From: Actinomycetota bacterium | Lineage (GTDB): Bacteria; Actinomycetota; Actinomycetes; Nanopelagicales; Nanopelagicaceae | Reading direction: 5' to 3' | Length of the DNA: 54,413 bases | NCBI GenBank assembly: GCA_947477185.1 | Contig: CANJTH010000001.1 | Coordinates: forward strand, 1 to 54,413 | Shown: piece by piece, positions 11,583 to 21,475 of the stretch | Layout: every line of letters begins with the position of its first letter | Position numbering within the stretch: position 1 is the stretch's first letter | The notes under the pieces: generated by a model | What the model saw: only the letters and a program-made list of their open reading frames with translations | Database searches by the model: none | What the model was told of the DNA's origin: nothing | Translations under genes and position numbers: made by a program

Positions 11583-12179
11583 TTAACGCGGAATACCACT
11601 CCATTTCCAATTTTGGCGTCTTGAATGGCCAGAGAGTTCAATTCGACCTGCCAACCAGAGTAGTAGCTCGCCATGACTGGCATGTAGGGGATATTCTGTT
11701 GTCCCAGAGAAGAGTCGATCTATCGCAAACTTTGCAGCCATATTATTGGGTAGAAATTCAATACCAAAACCCTTGGCCAAGTCGTAGGTATGAACACTTA
11801 TTTCAATAACACCCATAGCGGCGAATCCAATTGGATCAGAGATTCCATAAGCATGCCAAGCTCTGTCTTTTACGTCAGAATTCTTAACAACTTTTTGCAA
11901 GACTTTGGCCGCCGTTAAGATCATTGGTAAGTAATCGGCCGGAGAGGCCTTTTCCTTTTTTTCAAATAAAATTGGCTGGTAACTATCCATTCGTTTTCCA
12001 ACAACTTGGTAGGAGTACTCCAGCGCAGCACGCATTGTGTGAATTGCTGTTTGTGTTTGTGTCCAATCTAAATCGGGAGTTTTGGATTCCCAATCTAATT
12101 CAACTGTAGGGGTCAGTGTTTCTACTAACTCTTCTGCAACTTTTACTACCCAATTCCCTGCGCTAACTAATTGATCCAT
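11583..12179 (-). CDS. DinB / mycothiol maleylpyruvate isomerase N-terminal-like metalloprotein
   Basis: W...TP.LDWT..QT..H near the N-terminus, EISVHTYDL, and C-terminal LLW..GR are typical of this superfamily. Confidence 0.65.
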   Translation of the reverse strand: MDQLVSAGNWVVKVAEELVETLTPTVELDWESKTPDLDWTQTQTAIHTMRAALEYSYQVVGKRMDSYQPILFEKKEKASPADYLPMILTAAKVLQKVVKNSDVKDRAWHAYGISDPIGFAAMGVIEISVHTYDLAKGFGIEFLPNNMAAKFAIDRLFSGTTEYPLHASHGELLLWLAGRIELSGHSRRQNWKWSGIPR

Positions 12180-12350
12180 ACATGGATTCTATCCTTACAA
12201 TGCTTTATGGTGGGCATTGAATTCTTCGACATGAAATTGGGTTATGCATTCTGTAACAGAGTTAGGTTAGGAACTGCTTTGATGAAGCAGGGCTAGCAGG
12301 ACAAATCGTGTGAAAAATAGAACCTAGGGCAAATACTGCTATGCCAAATT

Positions 12351-12365
12351 GTTCGCGATGCGCAT
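12351..12365. promoter_or_regulatory. Putative IclR (PcaR/PobR-type) operator
   Basis: GTTCG-CGATG-CGCAT, one mismatch to GTNCG-N5-CGNAC, in the divergent intergenic region upstream of the DUF885 operon. Confidence 0.55.
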
Positions 12366-12470
12366 TTGGTGGATTATTCATTCGAACTCTTCTTTTACTG
12401 TTGTTTTTAAACTACTATTCCTAAATTAGGCAGTGTCGATTATTGGTTGAGAATAGATTGCGGGGAATTC

Positions 12471-14159
12471 ATGAGTTTAGAAAAAGAGATCGAAGACCTC
12501 GGCCGCGACTATTGGCAATGGCGCAGCGTGCAACAACCCAGATCGCACGATGATATTCCTCGATTAGAAAGACCCAGAAATTGGCGACCAGCTTGGTCGC
12601 AGGCCGATGTTTTAAGCTATCAGGAAGCAATTTCAACCTTCAATAATCGCTGGCAGGGGATTAATGTAGGCAGTGCGGTTGCCCCTCGTGTGAGTAAAGA
12701 AGATTGGGTTGACTATCAACTTATAGGAAGTGCAATTTCAAGGGTTACATGGGAGCTTGACTTTCTTAAGATCTGGCAGGAGCAGCCGCGATTTTACATA
12801 GACCAAACTATCGGAGTTGTTTTTGACTTATTACTGCCTCTAAAAATAACCGCTGACCATGTGGAGCAGACAATATTTGTACTAGATGGAACGCAACAGA
12901 TTTTAGAGGATGGAATTATTAATCTTAAGGGCCACGCGGTTGGTCCCTACGCCACCGTAGCCATCGATTTATTAGCAGATATCGAGAATCAAATATCTCA
13001 GTTAGTTTCTGTGCTTGGAAGTTTTACTGATCCACAAAGAGCCGCTATTTTGAAAAATTCAGGCATAAAAGCGAGTGAGGCTTTCGTGAAATATCGCAAT
13101 TGGCTTAAAGCCAATCTCAGCAGCATGAAGCCCATCGTTGCAATTGGTCCGGAAAAGTATCAGTGGTTTTTTGAAAATGTCGCATTAGTTCCATTCGCAA
13201 ACGACGAACTGCGCCTTATCGGTCAAATTGAATGGGATAGAGCCGTGACGTTGGAATATTTAAGCTTAAATAAGCATAGAAATATACCAGTTCCGCCAAT
13301 CCCTAAAACTGATACTGAGCAAGTAGATAACGAGGAAAAAAGTGAAGTTCAGGTTAGAGAATTTTATGAGCGTGAAAATATCCTTTCTCAGCCAAAGAGT
13401 CTGAAGCACTACTTAAATGCGCCACTTCCTAATTACTTGGCACCAATTAAGTGGTTAGGAGTCACTGATGATTTAACAGGGCCATCTAGAGTGGATGAAG
13501 ATGGCTATTCATATGTACCAAAGCCTCACGAACAGTTGCCCTATTTTTATGCAGCCAATGCTCGCGATACAAGAGCTGGAATAGTTCATGAGGGCGCGCA
13601 CTACCAACAGTTGGCAATCTCTTGGCGCCACAAGCGAACTCTTCGACGGAGTTACTACGATTCTGGAGTCAATGAAGGCATTGCCTTCTACAACGAAGAA
13701 ATGTTACTTGCAGCTGGATTATTTGACGATGCAGTTCACTCGCAGAGCGTGATGTATAACTTCATGAAACTACGGGCCATGCGCGTAATTGTCGACGTTA
13801 GTTTGGCTACCGGCGAAATAGATATACCTACTGCAACCCTTTATTTAGAGCGCAAGGTCCCAATGGATCATGGGACAGCTTACGAGGAGGCAGTTTCTTT
13901 CTCTTCTAATCCCGGTCAGGCGTTGACGTATCAAATTGGGAAAACTCAGATAATTAAACTTTTCTCTGATGCAATTGAGGCTAAACGTAGCAATTCATCA
14001 GGTTTTAGCATGCGCGAATTTCATGACTATCTTTGGCTAAATGGGAATGTCCCACTATCTCTATTGCGCTATGAGTATTTAGATGACGCTTCGGAAATAA
14101 TGCAAATCCAACAATCAAAAGATACACATAAGGAAAGAGGAGAAAATGGACGCAGATAA
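12471..14159 (+). CDS. DUF885 family protein (putative zinc metallopeptidase)
   Basis: VHEGAHYQQ, NEGIAFYNEE, LRAMRVIVDV, PGQALTYQIGK and FSMREFHD..L.NG.VPL motifs; ATG at 12471 preferred. Confidence 0.82.
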   Translation: MSLEKEIEDLGRDYWQWRSVQQPRSHDDIPRLERPRNWRPAWSQADVLSYQEAISTFNNRWQGINVGSAVAPRVSKEDWVDYQLIGSAISRVTWELDFLKIWQEQPRFYIDQTIGVVFDLLLPLKITADHVEQTIFVLDGTQQILEDGIINLKGHAVGPYATVAIDLLADIENQISQLVSVLGSFTDPQRAAILKNSGIKASEAFVKYRNWLKANLSSMKPIVAIGPEKYQWFFENVALVPFANDELRLIGQIEWDRAVTLEYLSLNKHRNIPVPPIPKTDTEQVDNEEKSEVQVREFYERENILSQPKSLKHYLNAPLPNYLAPIKWLGVTDDLTGPSRVDEDGYSYVPKPHEQLPYFYAANARDTRAGIVHEGAHYQQLAISWRHKRTLRRSYYDSGVNEGIAFYNEEMLLAAGLFDDAVHSQSVMYNFMKLRAMRVIVDVSLATGEIDIPTATLYLERKVPMDHGTAYEEAVSFSSNPGQALTYQIGKTQIIKLFSDAIEAKRSNSSGFSMREFHDYLWLNGNVPLSLLRYEYLDDASEIMQIQQSKDTHKERGENGRR

Positions 14160-14538
14160 GGATTACATCTGGAATGGTGTTCTCACTATGTACGAAGGCT
14201 TTACTGAAAAGAACCGGCCGAAAATTGATAAGTTTATTCATGAAGATTGCACTGTGTGGGACTCATCTGAACGAGACATGGCTTTTGGTCTAAAGGGTCT
14301 CAATGAAGTGCGCGGCCGCCGGCCAAATGATCCAACAGCACCTCAAGTTGCCCGCATCGATGCGGCAGATCCGGTAATCGACATTTATGGCGATTTTGCG
14401 GTAGCCCGGCACTACCTAAAAGTTGTTTATATCGACAATGCCTCGCCGACTCGCGAAATTCGCAATACCGGAATTTGGCGTAAATTCCCGCAGGGCTGGC
14501 AAATTATCCATAACCATGAGGACGAGTTACCACTGTAA
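14146..14538 (+). CDS. SnoaL/NTF2-like (DUF4440) protein
   Basis: 130 aa; YGDFAVA..., RNTGIWRK...GWQIIHNH; GGAG RBS; overlaps the DUF885 stop. Confidence 0.75.
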   Translation: MDADKDYIWNGVLTMYEGFTEKNRPKIDKFIHEDCTVWDSSERDMAFGLKGLNEVRGRRPNDPTAPQVARIDAADPVIDIYGDFAVARHYLKVVYIDNASPTREIRNTGIWRKFPQGWQIIHNHEDELPL

Positions 14539-14562
14539 ACCCAAAGAAAGGACGTTGACCAG

Positions 14563-15696
14563 ATGTTTGACTACAAAGCCCGAAGACAGAGCCTCTATGC
14601 CCTAATGGAGAAAGAAGGGGTTGATTTGGTTTTTCTTCCGAAGCATTCAGCCGATCTTGACTATTTAACTGGCACCGAACGCCGTGTCGTAACATTTGGC
14701 AACGTTGCTTACACACACCACTGGGTAGCGGGTGCCTTTCTGCATCCAAAACATGATCCAAAATTCGTTTTACCACGGATGATTGTTGAATTTGATTCCC
14801 CAAATGGGGTGGATCCGAACACCACTACAGTCAGCGAATTAGATGATGCATATGCCAAGTTTAAGAAAGTGGCTCAGAGTTTTGGAAATGTTAGGAAAAT
14901 TGCGGTAAGTGCGCGCACATGGAGTGAAACAGTTTTATACCTAATGCAAATATTCCCCGAGGCCACGGTAGTTAACGCTGAAGAGATAGTCAATAAGTTA
15001 CGCCGAATCAAATCGACAGAAGAATTAGAACAGATGACTCAAGCCTGCCATCTAGTCGATGGTGTCCTAGCTCAAGTACAAGGTCGGGTAAATATTGGAG
15101 TTTCAGAGTTAGATTTGAAAACGGAAGTTAACTTTCAAATGAACGAGCGTGGATCAAAGACCGAATCATTTGATACTGCGGTCTGGTCGATGGGTCCAAA
15201 AAACAATCGTGATGCATCCGACCGCAGGAGTAGTAATCCAATAGTTGGCGGAATGGGTGTCTCCTTTGATTTTGGATCTGTAATTAACGGTTACTGCGCC
15301 GATTTCGGAAGAACAGTTTTCGTAGGAGATCCATCAGGGGAGTATCAGAAGGTTTATGAACTAGTTATGGCTGCGCAGGCTGCAGGAATTGCCGCTGTTA
15401 AGCCTGGCGTACTTGCCTCCGATGTGCATAAAGCAACTCGTGATGTAATTGTCGAAGGTGGATATGGAGATTGGTTTAGACACCGCACGGGACATTGTAT
15501 TGGACTTGATGTACATGAATTTCCCTACATTTCAGAGGAAGATCACACGCCACTTGAAATAGGTATGACGTTTACCATTGAACCTTCGGTATTTTGGCCA
15601 GGGAAGGTGGGGGTTAGAGTTGAAGATGTAATTGTTGTCGAGGAATCAGGGGGCCGTAAAATTAATAAACACCCCACTGATTTAGTCGCTAACTAG
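14563..15696 (+). CDS. M24B Xaa-Pro peptidase family protein
   Basis: Metal ligands DFG...YCADFGRT, HRTGHCIGLDVHE, TIEPS and GVRVED. Confidence 0.9.
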   Translation: MFDYKARRQSLYALMEKEGVDLVFLPKHSADLDYLTGTERRVVTFGNVAYTHHWVAGAFLHPKHDPKFVLPRMIVEFDSPNGVDPNTTTVSELDDAYAKFKKVAQSFGNVRKIAVSARTWSETVLYLMQIFPEATVVNAEEIVNKLRRIKSTEELEQMTQACHLVDGVLAQVQGRVNIGVSELDLKTEVNFQMNERGSKTESFDTAVWSMGPKNNRDASDRRSSNPIVGGMGVSFDFGSVINGYCADFGRTVFVGDPSGEYQKVYELVMAAQAAGIAAVKPGVLASDVHKATRDVIVEGGYGDWFRHRTGHCIGLDVHEFPYISEEDHTPLEIGMTFTIEPSVFWPGKVGVRVEDVIVVEESGGRKINKHPTDLVAN

Positions 15697-15727
15697 TTTA
15701 CAAAAATAACAAAAAGTAATAATATTT

Positions 15728-15742
15728 GTTCACTACCCGCAC
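15728..15742. promoter_or_regulatory. Putative IclR operator
   Basis: ttt-GTTCA-CTACC-CGCAC-ata upstream of the peptide-binding protein gene; same CTACC spacer as the box at 51921. Confidence 0.6.
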
Positions 15743-15895
15743 ATAAAATTAGTGCAAATTCAATGCAATCATAAAATAAATTCTTTGACTTCTACGCCTG
15801 TATTAGCAACAATTCAGTCAAGAAATCGAACTCAGATTCTTAGTCTTTGACGAGGTTGAGTGCGATCCCTACTTCAGTGTGAAAGGTTAAAGTCT

Positions 15896-17482
15896 ATGAC
15901 GCTCTACTCTAAACGCATTGCAAGCATCGCGATCTCAGCAGCATTAGTTACAGCTGGATTAATAGCGACACCAGCAACTGCGGCACCGAAAAATCTTATT
16001 GTGGAAAATGTATTTCAGTTAACTTCGACAGATCCAGCCCGTTCCTTTGAACAAACTGGAAACATGATAAATCATGCTCTCTATCAGACACTCATCACAT
16101 ATAAAGGTGGGGATGCAGCAACACCAGTACCAAGCATCGCCTCAAAGTGGACAGTGAATGCTGCAGCAACAGAATTTACTTTCACTATAGATCCAAAAGC
16201 TAAGTTCTCTGATGGAACGAAAGTAACTTCAGCCGACGTAGTATTCTCACTTAATCGTTTGAAGAATATTAAGGGAAACCCATCGTCTTTGATGGCTGGC
16301 ATTACAGTCTCTGCACCAAATGCATCAACAGCCGTACTCACGACTCTGAAGGCAACTCCACAGCTTTTAGCAATCGTGACATCTCCTGCATTAGGAATCA
16401 TGAATAGTAAAGTTCTTAAAGCAAATGGTGGCTCAGACGCTGAGAATGCAAGCACTTCAGATACAGCTCTTGAATTCCTTAAGGGAACATCTGTTGGTAG
16501 TGGACCATATGTACTTAAGTCCTTTAATCTCACAACCGAAGTTGTTATCGAGAAGAATGCTAAGTTCTGGGGTACTGAAAAAGCTGGATATGACAAGATC
16601 ATTGTTAGAAATGTTCCAGTAAATGTACAGCGCCTAAACGTAATCAAAGGTACTTCATCTATCGCAGTTGACCTATCACCAGATCAAGCATCTGATGTTG
16701 GCAGCAAAGTAAATGTAGTTACCGGACAGGCATCAAATGTTTTCTTCTTTTACTTGAGCCAGAATGCAACATTCTCAGGAGCAACGGCATTTACTTCTAA
16801 TGCAAAGTGCGTTGAAGCTGCTCGTTACGGCATCAATTATAAGAAGATTGTCCGCTATGCAGGTCTCGGAGCAATCCAGGCTGCTGGAATTATTCCTAGC
16901 TTCTTCTCTGGTGCACTTACTCAGAAAGATGCCATCAAGCAAGATACAGCACGTGCAAAAACTGCATTCGATGCTTGCGGAATGAAAGACACTCCAGTCT
17001 CAATTGGATTCTGGGGAGATGGCGGCGCAGTTAATGGTCTCAACTTCGGTTCACTGGCAGCACTTGTAGACGAAGATTTACGTGCCATCGGATTCAAGAC
17101 GAAGCTAGTTGGTGCTCCAATTGCTGTTTCACTTCCTCTATATCGCGACAACAAAGAGGAGATGGGGCTATGGCTCTGGGGTCCAGATTGGCCAGACTCA
17201 ACTAACTACACTGAAAGCTTCAGCCCAGGAACAAAGGTAGGCCTTCGCATGGGTTGGATTGCCGGTGCTGATTCAGTTATTACTGGTCTACAAACAAAGG
17301 CAGCCACTGAGTCTGACGCTAAAAAGCGTGCAGCTCTATTTACTCTATGGCAACAAGAGATGAATAAGCGCAGCCCGCTCATTCCTCTAGTTCAGCCAGC
17401 TGCCATCTTGGTTGCTAATAAGTCAGTTAAGGGCTTACACGATCATCCAATCTGGAAGGTGAACCTCACCGAGCTCAAGTAA
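15896..17482 (+). CDS. ABC transporter substrate-binding protein, family 5 (DppA/OppA)
   Basis: Sec signal ending ATA-A; KFSDGTKVTSADVVFSLNR; GSGPY; ATG at 15896 follows GAAAGG. Confidence 0.9.
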   Translation: MTLYSKRIASIAISAALVTAGLIATPATAAPKNLIVENVFQLTSTDPARSFEQTGNMINHALYQTLITYKGGDAATPVPSIASKWTVNAAATEFTFTIDPKAKFSDGTKVTSADVVFSLNRLKNIKGNPSSLMAGITVSAPNASTAVLTTLKATPQLLAIVTSPALGIMNSKVLKANGGSDAENASTSDTALEFLKGTSVGSGPYVLKSFNLTTEVVIEKNAKFWGTEKAGYDKIIVRNVPVNVQRLNVIKGTSSIAVDLSPDQASDVGSKVNVVTGQASNVFFFYLSQNATFSGATAFTSNAKCVEAARYGINYKKIVRYAGLGAIQAAGIIPSFFSGALTQKDAIKQDTARAKTAFDACGMKDTPVSIGFWGDGGAVNGLNFGSLAALVDEDLRAIGFKTKLVGAPIAVSLPLYRDNKEEMGLWLWGPDWPDSTNYTESFSPGTKVGLRMGWIAGADSVITGLQTKAATESDAKKRAALFTLWQQEMNKRSPLIPLVQPAAILVANKSVKGLHDHPIWKVNLTELK

Positions 17483-17513
17483 TTTCGTAACTTACTTGGA
17501 TATAGGGACATAG

Positions 17514-18593
17514 ATGACAATGAAGCCAGTTTCAGGCGAGAAGAGTGCGCGTAAGCGTTTTCTCTCTGGGACTGGCTTCATTCCATTTATTATCAGGAGG
17601 TTGCTTATAAGTGTTCTATTGGTCTTTGGTGTCACTTTTATCTCATTTACAATAACGCAGCTAGTGCCGGGGGATCCTGTCGCGGCTAATCTTGGGCAGA
17701 GCGCCTATAGCGACCCAATAATTGTTGCTACATTCAAAAAAGAATTTGGTTTAGATCAGCCCGTTCCAGTCCAATATGCCAGATACGTCGAAAAGCTTTT
17801 CCATGGCAATCTTGGAGTCTCTCTTTCTAGCAAACGTCCAGTAGTCCAGGATTTGAAGGAATATTTCCCAGCTACATTAGAAATCGCACTTGTTGCTGTA
17901 TTTCTTGCCCTGGTAATGGGCCTACTTCTTGGAATAATTTCAGCTGTTACTAGAGATCGACTGCCCGATCAGATTATAAGAGTCTTTAGTTTGACTGGCG
18001 TATCCATGCCAGCATTTTGGACCGCACTAACTGCTTTTTATCTTTTCTTTTTTGTCTTAGGGTGGGCGCCAGGTACTGGCAGACTCGATCCTGGCGCAGA
18101 TGCCCCACCAACGGTTACTGGTCTCTTCACACTTGACGCGTTGATAGCTGGTGATTTTGCAACATTCAGACAGGCGGTTTCATACTTGCTGCTTCCAGCC
18201 ATAGTGCTTGCAATTTATGCAGTTGGAGTCTTAACGCGATTTACGAGGGCATCTATGTTAGAAATTTTGGGTAATGACTATGTTCGAGCCGCACGAGCCA
18301 AAGGGTTGCCAGAATTTACCGTCATTCGGCGACATGTATTACGCCCAGCGCTGCTCTCTATTATTACAGTAGCTGGTGTAGCATTCGCTAGCTTGTTGGC
18401 GGGATCAGTTTTGGTAGAAAATGTTTTCTCTTGGCCAGGTTTGGGGCAATATGCATATCGTGCCGCTGTGGGTCTAGATCTACCAGGAATTATGGGTGTG
18501 AGCATGGTCGTTGCTACGGTATATATAACTATGAATTTAATTGTCGATATTCTCTACAGAGTTATTGATCCTCAAATGCGGGAATTAAAATAG
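17514..18593 (+). CDS. Peptide ABC permease (DppB/OppB family)
   Basis: IRRLL..., PGDP, FGLDQP..VQY, PATLEI, DYVRAARAKGL (EAA loop), ENVFSWPGLG. Confidence 0.92.
   Translation: MTMKPVSGEKSARKRFLSGTGFIPFIIRRLLISVLLVFGVTFISFTITQLVPGDPVAANLGQSAYSDPIIVATFKKEFGLDQPVPVQYARYVEKLFHGNLGVSLSSKRPVVQDLKEYFPATLEIALVAVFLALVMGLLLGIISAVTRDRLPDQIIRVFSLTGVSMPAFWTALTAFYLFFFVLGWAPGTGRLDPGADAPPTVTGLFTLDALIAGDFATFRQAVSYLLLPAIVLAIYAVGVLTRFTRASMLEILGNDYVRAARAKGLPEFTVIRRHVLRPALLSIITVAGVAFASLLAGSVLVENVFSWPGLGQYAYRAAVGLDLPGIMGVSMVVATVYITMNLIVDILYRVIDPQMRELK
17519..17582 (+). other. Long RNA hairpin overlapping the 5' end of the DppB-family gene
   Basis: AATGAAGCCAGT/ACTGGCTTCATT 12-bp perfect stem, extended by TTCAGG/TCTGGG and GAGAAGA/TTTTCTC, capped by CGC-GTAA-GCG. 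Confidence 0.75.
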
Positions 18594-19456
18594 TGACGCA
18601 AAGCATTATTAAAATAAAGAAGTTTAAAAACAGCAATGCGATTTGGCGCCAGCCATTAGCGGTTGTCGGAATTGCCATCATTATTATGTGGACATTGTTA
18701 GCTCTGTTTGCACCATTAATTGCACCATATCTTCCTAATTCGCAGGACGCTGATAAATTTTTAACTCCATCAGCAGCGCATTGGATGGGTACTGACGAAC
18801 TTAATCGCGATGTATGGAGTCGCATAATCTATGGAGCTCGAATCTCACTCCCATATTCGCTGCTTTTGGTAGTTCTTTCGGCCACGCTTGGCTCAATAAT
18901 TGGTGGGATCTCTGGATATGCTGGTGGAAAAGTTGATTCTTTCCTGATGAGAGTTACAGATATTTTCTTTGCATTTCCAGGCATAGTACTTGCGATGGCT
19001 GTCGCTGCAGCCCTTGGCCCCCAAATTCGAAATGCCGTCATTGCTATCACGATAGTAGCCTGGCCTGTATACGCACGCCTGGTCAGGGGCCTTATATTAA
19101 ACGCCAAGCAAAATGACTATGTGACGGCCTCATCGCTCCTAGGTTCTTCTTCGTTTAGAACACTCTATGTTGATTTGCGTCCCAATCTCTCAGGCCCAGT
19201 TTTCGTTTTAGCTTCGCTAGAAGTCGGTAATGCTTTGCTATTGCTTTCGGGACTTTCATTTCTGGGCCTTGGAGCACAGCCACCTTCGGCCGAGTGGGGG
19301 TCAATGGTCTCTATGGGAGCGGCAAATTTTGACCGCTGGTGGGTAGGTCTTTTTCCTGGCTTAGCAATTCTCACGGCCGTATTGGCTTTCAATTTTATAG
19401 GTGACTCACTTCGTGATGCTATGGATCCAAGGACCGCGAAAGCACTTCGCGACTAA
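18593..19456 (+). CDS. Peptide ABC permease (DppC/OppC family)
   Basis: HWMGTDELNRDVWSRIIYGARISL; LSFLGLGAQPPSAEWG; FNFIGDSLRDAMDP. Confidence 0.92.
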   Translation: MTQSIIKIKKFKNSNAIWRQPLAVVGIAIIIMWTLLALFAPLIAPYLPNSQDADKFLTPSAAHWMGTDELNRDVWSRIIYGARISLPYSLLLVVLSATLGSIIGGISGYAGGKVDSFLMRVTDIFFAFPGIVLAMAVAAALGPQIRNAVIAITIVAWPVYARLVRGLILNAKQNDYVTASSLLGSSSFRTLYVDLRPNLSGPVFVLASLEVGNALLLLSGLSFLGLGAQPPSAEWGSMVSMGAANFDRWWVGLFPGLAILTAVLAFNFIGDSLRDAMDPRTAKALRD

Positions 19457-20460
19457 TGGAATTATTAACTGTAAAAAATCTCAGCGTCACCCTTGCTACA
19501 AGTAGCGGGGAGGCCGATGCTGTTCGTAATTTATCCTTTAAAATTGGGCAAGGAGAGATTTTAGGAATTGCCGGCGAAAGCGGAAGTGGGAAAACCATGA
19601 CTGCATTAAGTCTAATAGGTCTTTTACCACATAAAGGAAGAGCTACTGGATCTATAAATTTCGACGGCCGCGACATACTTGCAAGCAGCAAACGCGAACA
19701 ACGTGATTTGCGCGGAAAAGAAATCGCAATGATTTTTCAGGATCCTATGACTTCTTTGCATCCAATGTTAACAGTAGAGGTTCAACTAACAGAACACTTG
19801 CGGCATCATAGAAAAGTTAGCAAAGAGTCTGCGCACAATACTGCTCTGCAACTTCTAGGCACCGTTAAAATCCCTGACCCAAGTGCGGCTCTTCGCGCTC
19901 ATCCAAGCCAATTTTCTGGTGGTATGCGCCAACGAATCGCAATCGCAATGGCGCTTGCGTGCGAACCTAAATTACTCATTGCCGACGAACCAACCACTGC
20001 CCTAGATGTGACAGTTCAAGCAGGTATTTTAAAGCTCTTGCACCAGCTACGCATGGAGAGAAAATTATCTATATTGGTGATTACTCACGATCTTGGAGTT
20101 CTTTCATCCCTAACAGATCGGATAATGATTATGTACGCCGGATCAGAAGTTGAATCTGGAAAGACTAGCGATTTACTTCAGAGGCCGAGACACCCTTATA
20201 CAAAGGGGCTTATATTAGCTTTGCCAGGACATAAGAACTTAGACGCACCAGCTAATGCCAAACGCTTATTATCAATTGAGGGAATGCCCCCGGAGCTCGG
20301 GAATTTTCCAACAGGATGTGCATTTCATACTCGCTGCACCTTTGCTGAAGCAGCCTGTAAAACTGTGATACCTAAAAAAATTGATATTTCGGAGTCACAT
20401 CATATTTTTTGCCCTGTTAATCCCTTCGCAGATCAAGCAGAACAGGGAGCTCGGAAGTGA
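19456..20460 (+). CDS. Peptide ABC ATPase (DppD/OppD family)
   Basis: [26 protein letters not shown]; C-terminal GCAFHTRC. Confidence 0.93.
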   Translation: MELLTVKNLSVTLATSSGEADAVRNLSFKIGQGEILGIAGESGSGKTMTALSLIGLLPHKGRATGSINFDGRDILASSKREQRDLRGKEIAMIFQDPMTSLHPMLTVEVQLTEHLRHHRKVSKESAHNTALQLLGTVKIPDPSAALRAHPSQFSGGMRQRIAIAMALACEPKLLIADEPTTALDVTVQAGILKLLHQLRMERKLSILVITHDLGVLSSLTDRIMIMYAGSEVESGKTSDLLQRPRHPYTKGLILALPGHKNLDAPANAKRLLSIEGMPPELGNFPTGCAFHTRCTFAEAACKTVIPKKIDISESHHIFCPVNPFADQAEQGARK

Positions 20461-21428
20461 AAGAAATGTTGAATGTTTCAAACGTTATTGTTGAATATGA
20501 ACGTCATGGTGAAAAAGTAAGAGCAGTAGCTGGCGTTGATCTGACCTTAAATTATGGTGAAATTCTAGGATTAGTCGGAGAATCTGGTTGTGGTAAATCT
20601 ACGTTAGGAAAAGCAATTGTTGGAATCCTTGGAACCGCAACTGGCGAAATTGTCTTCGATGGCGAAAAAGTCACGAAATTGACTCGCGGCCAGAGACCGA
20701 AGCATTTTAGAAATTTGCAAATGGTTTTTCAGGATCCCTATGGGTCATTAAATCCACGACGAAAAATTGGCGTGCAGATTGCTGATGGCTTAGTAGTTGC
20801 CGGTTCCTCAAAGAAAGTCGCATTAGAAATGGCTGCAGCTTTACTTGAAAAGGTAGGATTGCCCGCAAATGCAATCGACAGATTCCCCCACCAGTTTTCT
20901 GGGGGACAGCGCCAGCGGATTTCAATAGCACGGGCACTTGCTGCTTCACCGACTGCGATTATTGCTGATGAGCCAATATCGGCCCTCGATACTTCTTCGC
21001 AGGCACAAGTTGCAAATTTACTGGTAAACCTAGTTGAGGAATATCAGATGGGTATGGTTTTTATCTCTCATGATTTATCTATTGTGCAAAGGATTTCAGA
21101 TCGTGTAGCTGTGATGTATCTGGGCAAAATTGTAGAGACCGGAACAGTAGATCAGATTTGGAAGAATCCTTCGCATCCCTATACGAGGGCACTTATCTCG
21201 GCAATACCGCACGCCGATGGCACTGGCTTTATGCCTGCAGATTTACCAGGAGATGTACCAAACCCACTAAGTCCTCCAAGTGGCTGTCGATTTAATCCAC
21301 GCTGTCCACTTGCTATGGATGAATGCAAAAATGTCGAGCCTGAACTGCGCACATTAAGTGATGGACGCAAAGTTGCTTGTTTCCTGCAGACAAATGGAAG
21401 TAATCCAGTACCAATCTCAATTAATTAG
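20457..21428 (+). CDS. Peptide ABC ATPase (DppF/OppF family)
   Basis: GESGCGKST, FSGGQRQR, ADEPISALD; PPSGCRFNPRCP. Confidence 0.93.
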   Translation: MKEMLNVSNVIVEYERHGEKVRAVAGVDLTLNYGEILGLVGESGCGKSTLGKAIVGILGTATGEIVFDGEKVTKLTRGQRPKHFRNLQMVFQDPYGSLNPRRKIGVQIADGLVVAGSSKKVALEMAAALLEKVGLPANAIDRFPHQFSGGQRQRISIARALAASPTAIIADEPISALDTSSQAQVANLLVNLVEEYQMGMVFISHDLSIVQRISDRVAVMYLGKIVETGTVDQIWKNPSHPYTRALISAIPHADGTGFMPADLPGDVPNPLSPPSGCRFNPRCPLAMDECKNVEPELRTLSDGRKVACFLQTNGSNPVPISIN

Positions 21429-21475
21429 CGGTTTGGTGACCAAATTGCTTATCAATCAAATCCGAAAGGCGAATA

